64,000 nucleotides of DNA from an uncultured Planctomycetota bacterium. Lineage in GTDB: Bacteria; Planctomycetota; Planctomycetia; Gemmatales; Gemmataceae. Within the stretch, counting starts at the first letter, position 1; every line of letters begins with the position of its first letter. A program made the position numbers and the translations under genes. Location of the stretch: contig CAWKHF010000007.1 of the NCBI GenBank assembly GCA_963849325.1, positions 416,001 through 480,000 on the forward strand, read 5' to 3'. This document shows, in pieces, positions 57,010-64,000 of the stretch. The notes below the pieces were generated by a model that worked only from the letters and a program-made list of their open reading frames with translations, had not been told where the DNA came from and ran no database searches.

Positions 57010-59511
57010 CTAAATCGAAGTTCGCTCCGGCAGCCACGCCAGGCCGAAGTGCGTCACGCGCACGTCCGCCTTGCGCGGCTTGACTTCGATCGGCGCCGCT
57101 TCCTCGCCGACGCGCTTCCATTTCTCGTGGATCTCCGCCAGTTTGGAGTAGTAGTCTCCGGTTATTTTGCGTATCTTTTCCTCCTTGCCATTGGACCGGG
57201 CTGCCGTCGGCTTCGGCGTGGCGAACGACACCAGCCAGTCCCAGAAGGAGCCGTTGGACTTCGGCGTCGCCGGGTCGGCCGGTAGCTCGCTGTCCAGCGC
57301 CTCGAACTTCGGCCGAAACTTCGCCTTGGTCATCTCGATCGCCTGCCGTGCTTCCTCGACGGCGGCGGCGTGGCAGCGCTGACGAAACGCCTCCGCGCTC
57401 TCGCCCGGCTCGCTCACCAACTCCAGGGTGCGATTCTGCAAGAGGGACAACTTTTGCGTGCTGTACAGGTAGTCGGCGAAGGCTCGTTCCAGCGTCTTCA
57501 GCTTCCGCCCGGTGTCCACGCTGGTAGGCACGTTGGCCCAGCGCACGCCGGGCAGCGGCCGCGACTCCATCGGTTCGCCAATGCTCCTTCCCTTGGCCCA
57601 ATCGACGGGGCGTCCCGGCTCGCTGGGCACCGCCAGCAGCCGGACAATCTGACGATGCTCCTTGCCCTTTTTCTTGTCGATGAGGAAGACGACCTCGGCG
57701 AAGCCGAGCAAATGTGGCTCATACGTCGACCGCGCCGCCGGCGATCCGGCCAGCCGCCGGCAAGTAGAACTGGGTCACGTCCGGCGGCAGCACCGGCGGC
57801 AAGCTGTCGTTGCTGGAGGCGGGCGCGGCCGAGTCCGTCTCCGGGACGAGTGTGGCCATCGGAGCCTCGGCGCGCGGCAAGCCGGCGCGGAATTGCTGAT
57901 CGCGCAGGCCGGCGAAGCCGAGTTTCCAGACACGTTCGCCGCACTGCGGGCAACGATCCGTCACGTCCGGGCCGTCCAGCGCGGCGTGACAGTTGCGACA
58001 CAAGGGGATGGCCCGCGGCGGCATTTGCTGCTGCTGCTTGAGGTCGTGCATCAGCTTCCGCGACTTGCTCGCGCGTCAGCGGGCCGCGCAGCAGCGACAG
58101 CGCCCAGCGCGTCTGGAATACCAGCGGCGCCGCTCGGTGGATGTCGTGCATCAGGAAGACGCGGTTGCTCAGCGACGAGATGACGGTCTCCAGGTAGGAG
58201 CGATCCGTCAGCGAACCCTGCTCCGCCGCCACGCTCTCCAGCCCGTCGAGCAGGCGCATCTTGTCGCGCTCGGTTTGCAGCTTGCCGACGAACCAGGTGC
58301 CGGCGTTGGACAGCGCCTTGTAGTCGAGATCCACCGGGTTTTGCGTCGCCAGCAGTACGCCGACGCCGAAGGCGCGGGCCTGCTTGAGCAGCGTCAACAG
58401 CGGCTTTTTGGTCGGCGGGTTGGCCGGGTGCGGCGGCAGGTAGCCGAACACCTCATCGAAGTAGACCAGGGCACGCAGGTCCGTCGTGCCCGGCTGCTTG
58501 CGCGTCCAGCTCAGCACCTCTTCGAGCAGCAGCGTCGTGAAGAACATCCGCTGCCGGTCATCCAGATGAGCGACATAAAAGATCAACTGTTGCGGTTTGC
58601 CGCCGCGATAGAGCATGGCCGACAGGTCGAGCGGCTCGCCGGTCGTCCAGGTGCGGAAGCCGGGGGCGGCGAGGACGTTGTTCAGCGTCGAGGCGAAGCG
58701 CAGCCGCTCCTTGGCGGGGAAGAACGTCTCCAGGTTGTAGGCGCCCATCATGCGAATGGGCGGGTCCTGGATAGCCAGGATGAGGCCGGCCAGGTCGAGG
58801 TTTTTCTTTTGCTCCCAGGCGTGCAGCAGCAGATGGGCGATGAGGATGTGTTCGCGCGACTGCATCGTCTCGCCGGCGATGCCGGTCAGGCCGAGCAGGG
58901 CGCTGGCGGTGGCCTCGGCCTTCTCGGTCAGGGCTTCCGCGCGGCAGGTCGCCCTGCGGAGCGGTGAAACTGCCGAGGATGGACAGCGACAGGCCCGCCT
59001 CGCTGCCCGGCGTGTAGATGCGCCAGGCCGCCGCCTCCTTGACGCCGCGAATGCGTTCCGGCTTCTGAAACGTCTCCTCCAGCCCCTTCCGCCACCGCGC
59101 CGCCAACTGCTCGGCGTATGCGCGGCGCGACAGGTTCTTTTGCTGGGCGTCCTGCTCGTTGACCCAGTGCTCGATGGCGGCCGGGTCGAGGTCGGGGAAT
59201 TGCAACAGCAGGTTCGTCAGGTCGCCCTTGGGGTCGATGAGGATGCAGGGGATGTGATCGATGACCGCCTCTTCGAGAATGCTGATGGCCAGGCCGGTCT
59301 TGCCCGAGCCGGTCATGCCGACGATGACGCCGTGCGTCGTCAGGTCGCGGGCATCGTACATGACGAACTTGTCCGGCCGCACCGTCCGCGTGGCCAGGTC
59401 GTATTCGCGGCCGAGATAGAAGCAGGCCGGTTGCTCGATGTCGAAGGGAGCGGGAGCGGGCGTCGCCGGGGCGGCGGTCGGAATGTTGTCGGCCACGGGC
59501 TTGGTCTCCAT
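57010..59511 (-). CDS. HerA/FtsK-like (DUF87) ATPase with an internal Zn ribbon (frameshifts ~58940, 58055, 57725)
   Basis: LTTHGVIVGMTGSGKT, IDPKGD, YFDEVFG, QARAFG, ATQNPVDLDYK; CRNC..CPQC. Confidence 0.85.
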
Positions 59512-59656
59512 GCCAGATTGTCGGCGTGCCGTATTATGCGGAGTGCCGGCGGCGTTGCCAAGGTCGATGACGGGACGGCAAGGCGAGGCGGGCTGGCTTC
59601 GCGGGGCGCTCTTCGGGTATAACGTGGGCGAATTCCAGAAAACAAGGAGGTGACGG

Positions 59657-60787
59657 ATGAACGTCCATCCCCGCAAGGCGCCGCTCGCTCTGATCGCCCT
59701 GTCCGTGCTCGCGGCGGGCGCGGCTCGGGCGCTCTGCGCGACGAGACATGGGTCCGGCGGCGGATCGAGCAAATCAAGGACAGCGACACCAACGCCTGGC
59801 GCAAGGTCCCCTGGGCATCGTCGCTGCTCGCAGCGCGGCGCCTCGGCGAACGCGAGAAGAAGCCAATCTTCCTGTTCACCCACGACGGCAACATCGACAC
59901 GGGCCGCTGCTGAAACGGCGCCCGCGACATGAGGGTGAGTTCACTCTCCGACGACCGTGTCATCGGCCTGATTAGCAAGTATTTCGTGCCGGCCTGGCTG
60001 TCGCGCGACGACTACCAGCTCGAATCGCGGAGCCAGGCCGAGCGGGACGAACTGGAGCGCATCGATGCCGAGCGTCGCAAGCGCGGCCTGGAGGGCGGCA
60101 CCGTCTGCGTATTCGTCCTCGACGCGGACGGCAGCGTGCTGGCGACGCAGCGCGTGCAGCTCGCTTGCCAGCCCGAGAACTTGCTGCCGTTCCTTACCCG
60201 CATCATCGCGGACAAACACCTGACGCCGCGCGATGCCGAGGCGATCCGCGCCGGCGCTACCCGTCCAGCCGCGATCAAGCCGAAGACGGAGGGCGGCCGG
60301 CTCATCCACGTCTGGACGCGCTGCGACCAGGGCAGCAACCGCGGCCTGAGCAACGATCGCATCGAATTGACGGCGGCGGAGTGGAAAGCGTTCCTGCCGG
60401 CCGCGGACGCCCGCCCGGGATCGTCGTGGCGCATCCCGGACGAGACTGCACAGAAGCTATTCCGCTACTGCTATCCTCCCGGCCCGCACTGGGACGTGAA
60501 GGCCAGCAAGGTGCTCAACAGTACGCTGCGGATCACGCTCGTTGCTGTCTCTACACGAGAGATACGCCTGTGCGCTGGAGGGCGGGCTGGAACTGAGCTT
60601 TCCGCACACGGGCAAGTCGGTGGATGGCCGCGTCACGGCCCATTTCGTGGGGGTGGCGAATGTCAATCCCGGCAAGCAAGCGCTCACGTCGCTGGCGCTG
60701 GTTTCCGAGCAGGCGGACTATGTTTGGTACTGGCAGGGCAAGCCGCAGCCGATCCAGATGCGCATCGCCCTGGAACTGGAGCCGTAG
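59657..60787 (+). CDS. Exported thioredoxin-like protein with in-frame Cys-TGA; probable selenoprotein (frameshifts ~59730 and ~60570)
   Basis: RBS AAGGAGG; signal peptide; KPIFLFTHDGNIDTGRC-TGA(59911)-NGARDMRVSSLSDDRVIGLISKYFVP continues in frame; SECIS-like hairpin downstream. Confidence 0.7.
59931..59948 (+). promoter_or_regulatory. Candidate bacterial SECIS upper stem-loop
   Basis: GAGGGTG-AGTT-CACTCTC: 7-bp stem with one GU pair; loop begins 24 nt after the TGA and has G at position 2 followed by U. Confidence 0.6.
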
Positions 60788-60805
60788 AGCGAGCGGACAG
60801 CACTC

Positions 60806-60862
60806 GTCGGAGCCCGCAGCGTCAGCCAGGGACGTTCCCTCGCTGACGCTGCGGGTCCCGAC
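60806..60862. repeat. REP-like palindrome family B, copy 2 (between convergent genes)
   Basis: GTCGGAGCCCGCAGCGTCAGCCAGGG...CCCTCGCTGACGCTGCGGGTCCCGAC. Confidence 0.82.
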
Positions 60863-60885
60863 CACAAGGTTGAGTCCCCTCGCTT

Positions 60886-61280
60886 TTATCGTGATACTCG
60901 ACTGATGACGTTTCTCTTCCCTATTTGCACTCCGTATACGACTTCTTTCTCCACTTTCCTACCCCAACGATCCTGTAGGGAGAGAGCCACCCGGCAGCGG
61001 AAAAGATGGGGATTTCCTGGCTCTGCGTGGAATCGACCGTCAAGAAGCTCAGGAGGCGATAACCCGCCTTCCAGTCGGGATCGTGGCCCTGAATCGGCTG
61101 GCCGGGGTCGGCGAACTTGTCGGGCGATTCGCCTCGACTCCAGGAATCGAGGAATGCTTCCACGACTTTCTCGGCCTTATCCATCGTTTGCTGGGGAGAG
61201 CTTTTTCCGCAGCCCTGGACCATCAAGGCCGAGAGAATCATCGTGGCATGGAACAGGACGTAACCGGCGTTCTTGAGCAT
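60886..61280 (-). CDS. Small lipoprotein accompanying the DUF1559 gene (frameshift ~61005)
   Basis: VQGC lipobox; FLDSWSRG, DPDWKAGYRL; RBS GGAGG. Confidence 0.7.
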
Positions 61281-61319
61281 GGTCCTCGTCCCTCCTCCCG
61301 GCGACTCCGAAGAAGAGGG

Positions 61320-62249
61320 TCATGGCTCGGGGACCACCTGACCGTCGTTCCGGCACGATAACTTCTGCAGGGTATCCATATCGATGGAGTTGGACAGCGA
61401 AATCACGTGTCCGTCGGAAAAAAGAAACTGACAGATCCCCGTGTGCCAGCTGCCGAATTTGCAGTGAAATGGGCCGACCAGATCATTGGATCCTTGACCC
61501 AGGTTCCATTTGGTTTGACCGCCGATGCGAGAGAAGTTACGAGGAAAGTCTCCGTTCCAGATCGCGCCTTCTCCCCACGTCGGACCGCTCTGGCCCCACA
61601 TGCTCTGGACGGAATGTTTCTCGCCGACGAGAAAGGTCTGGCTCGTGCCGTCGGTGATGTCTTTCAGGGCCGTCTGCGATTGCGAGGACGTGACCTGACC
61701 GCTGCCATCGACCTGGGCGTTGGCATAGCACATCGCTCCCTGGCACAAGGGATGATCCACGATGGCGTTGTAGAACTGGCCGCCGTTGCAAGCGTAGTCC
61801 CCCTGCGACCCGTAATGTTCCTGCGAATCGGGGATGCCGGTACTGGACACCTCGTACATCGTACTCGGCATGGAGATGCTGCGTCGGCTCGGACAAACGT
61901 ACGTCCGCACGAACGCATTCTGCACAAGGGGCGTCTGTTCGTAATAGTTCCTGGTGAGATCCCACTGGTTATAAAGAGCGCTCTGCTCCAGATAGGGGAG
62001 AATGAGCACGAACCAGGTGGCGTGTTGAGGCCCCACGCGACTGGGAGGCAAAGCCTTGTACGTGTCGTGATAGCTGTGGATGGCCAGGCCCATTTGCTTG
62101 AGGTTGTTGCCGCACTGCATCCGCGCGGCGGACTCGCGGACCTTCTGGACGGCTGGTAACAGCAAGCCGATCAGCACCGCGATGATGGCGATGACGACCA
62201 ACAGCTCAATGAGCGTGAAGGCACGGCGCCGTGGAGGAGAATGGAACAT
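61320..62249 (-). CDS. DUF1559 prepilin-type N-terminal cleavage/methylation protein
   Basis: AFTLIELLVVIAIIAVLIGLLLPAVQKVRE, CPS, ITDGTSQT, H-X9-DG motif (WHTGICQFLFSDGHV). Confidence 0.95.
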   Translation of the reverse strand: MFHSPPRRRAFTLIELLVVIAIIAVLIGLLLPAVQKVRESAARMQCGNNLKQMGLAIHSYHDTYKALPPSRVGPQHATWFVLILPYLEQSALYNQWDLTRNYYEQTPLVQNAFVRTYVCPSRRSISMPSTMYEVSSTGIPDSQEHYGSQGDYACNGGQFYNAIVDHPLCQGAMCYANAQVDGSGQVTSSQSQTALKDITDGTSQTFLVGEKHSVQSMWGQSGPTWGEGAIWNGDFPRNFSRIGGQTKWNLGQGSNDLVGPFHCKFGSWHTGICQFLFSDGHVISLSNSIDMDTLQKLSCRNDGQVVPEP

Positions 62250-62682
62250 GGTCGCTCCTTTCGCAGGGTGCGGGAACAAGGCCGGCGGGCCCCGAAGGTA
62301 CACGCCGCTGAACGAGGGGAACGAGTTGACCACCCGAGGGTCAGAAACGAAGAGGAACTGTCACGCAGTTAGAGCGAGAAGCGCAGTCAGGAGAAGCCCG
62401 GCTTGTGGAAAGCCGCCGAGCCGAGAGAAGAGTTCGAGAATCGCATCGCGGGAACCATATTGGACCCGTCACCAACGACAGCCGCCATGCCGGTTTGCAA
62501 GTGAAGGCATCGTAGAGATACGAGGAGCGAACGTCAAGGCGCGGGCGGCGAAGCGCTCCCGAGACTCGACGCCGCGGGCGCTCGGGTTTCGAGAGAGAGC
62601 GATAACCTGCTGCCTTCCGGAAGCGGATTGCCTAACATACCTCTAGAAGTGAACCCCCGCGTCGTGGAGAGGACATCTGGCC

Positions 62683-63840
62683 ATGAAGCAGCGTTTGCTG
62701 ACCCCGGGGCCGTCGCCGGTGCCCGAAGAAACCCTTCTGGAACTGGCCAAGCCGGTTTTCTATCACCGCAGCGCCCAATTCCGGCAGCTGCTGAACGAGG
62801 TGCTGGAAGACCTGAAATACGTCTACGGCACCAAGAACCCCATCGCGCTGTTGACCGCCTCGGGCACCGGCGGCATGGAGGCGGCGGTCGCCAACTGTCT
62901 GCCGCCGGGCAGCAAGGCCGTCGTCGCCGTCGCCGGCAAGTTCGGCGAACGCTGGCGCAGCATCGCCAAGACGTTCGGCGTCGAGGTCGTCAGCGTCAGC
63001 GTGCCCTACGGCCAGGCCGTCCAGCCCGAGCAGATCGAGCAGGCCATCAAGCAACATCCCGACGCCGCCGCCGTCTGCGCCACGCTCAGCGAGACCTCGA
63101 CCGGCGTCCGCCACGACATCCAGGCATTCGGCAAGATCGTTGCCCAGACGCCGGCCCTCTACCTCGTGGACGGCATCAGCGGCCTGGGCGTCGCCGAGTG
63201 CCGCACCGACGACTGGCACCTCGATGTCTGCGTCACCGGATCGCAAAAGGCGCTGATGCTCCCGCCGGGATTGGCCTTCCTGTCGGTCAGCGATAAAGCC
63301 TGGCAGCGCATCGACCAGAATCCGCCCTCGCGCGTCTTTTATTTCGATCTGCGGAAGTACCGCGATAATCTCAAGAACGGCGATACGCCGTTCACGCCGG
63401 CGCACACGCTGGTCAAGGCGCTGCGCGTCAGCCTGAAACAGTTGCGGGCCGAGGGCATCGAAAACGTGTGGACGCGACACGCGCGCATGGCCGCCGCCTG
63501 CCGCGCCGGCGTGCAGGCGTTGGGTCTGGAGCTGTTCGCCGCCCAGCCGATCGACGGGCTCACCGTGGTCAAGACGCCCGAGGGCATCGACGGCGTGGCC
63601 CTGGTGAGCAAGCTGGAGAAGCAATACGGCATCCGCATCGCCGGCGGCCAGGATCCCCTCAAGGGCAAGATCTTCCGCATCGCCCACATGGGCTACATCG
63701 ATCAGTTCGACGTGCTGGCGGCGCTGTCGGCCCTGGAGATGGTGCTGCTGGAGATGGGTCATGCGCTGGAGCCGGGCAGCGGCGTGGCGGCGGCGCAGCA
63801 GGTGCTGGCGCAGCAGGTGCGAACACCGCAGACCGTGTAG
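62683..63840 (+). CDS. Class V PLP aminotransferase (alanine-glyoxylate / serine-pyruvate family)
   Basis: LLTPGP, SGTGGME, ETSTG, VDGIS, GSQKALMLPPG, FRIAHMG. Confidence 0.93.
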   Translation: MKQRLLTPGPSPVPEETLLELAKPVFYHRSAQFRQLLNEVLEDLKYVYGTKNPIALLTASGTGGMEAAVANCLPPGSKAVVAVAGKFGERWRSIAKTFGVEVVSVSVPYGQAVQPEQIEQAIKQHPDAAAVCATLSETSTGVRHDIQAFGKIVAQTPALYLVDGISGLGVAECRTDDWHLDVCVTGSQKALMLPPGLAFLSVSDKAWQRIDQNPPSRVFYFDLRKYRDNLKNGDTPFTPAHTLVKALRVSLKQLRAEGIENVWTRHARMAAACRAGVQALGLELFAAQPIDGLTVVKTPEGIDGVALVSKLEKQYGIRIAGGQDPLKGKIFRIAHMGYIDQFDVLAALSALEMVLLEMGHALEPGSGVAAAQQVLAQQVRTPQTV

Positions 63841-64000
63841 AATAAGACGGTGAGCCGCTTGCGGCCTGGCGGAGAAGCGCTCGCGTGGCCGACGAACCGG
63901 AGACCATAAAACGTTTAGGGACGTCATCGGAATCGCTGGCGCGGCTGAGCCGCAAAGCGGCTGCGGCGGAAGCCGCTCTCGGCATTCATGGCGTGTCGGT

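Noticed and set aside
57010-59511. HerA-based anti-phage defence system
   Set aside because: No adjacent effector (Sir2, nuclease, DUF4297) and no defence-island context

Overview
A high-GC bacterial window whose gene content points to Planctomycetota, probably Gemmataceae-like (DUF1559 prepilin-type protein, extended ECF sigma factors, kinase-WD40 proteins, Uma2, palindromic intergenic repeats); this taxon call is inference. Many genes, including housekeeping ones, are split by single-base frameshifts. These look like uncorrected long-read indels, so genes are reported as reconstructed spans with approximate junctions. Layout: 1-20.6 kb is an EpsI-linked Wzx/Wzy exopolysaccharide cluster with a tailoring module. 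20.6-33.3 kb holds sodC, an S9 peptidase, DUF488, hicBA, two tandem ECF-sigma/efflux-adaptor fusion genes, an alpha-amylase and a large MscS. 33.5-40.9 kb holds a sugar ABC transporter, a pseudokinase-WD40 protein, PfpI and a HAD hydrolase. 41-42.5 kb is a decayed integron-cassette array with one canonical attC, no integrase and a possible IS110 stub. 42.7-54 kb holds a kinase-TPR-WD40 gene and the gcv operon. 54-64 kb holds an M28 peptidase, a TlpA lipoprotein, a HerA/DUF87 ATPase, a DUF1559 gene and a class V aminotransferase. The best novelty candidate is an exported thioredoxin-like gene at 59657-60787 with an in-frame Cys-TGA followed by a bacterial SECIS-like hairpin, i.e. a probable unannotated selenoprotein. 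Next are the attC/IS110 remnant and the sigma-adaptor fusions.
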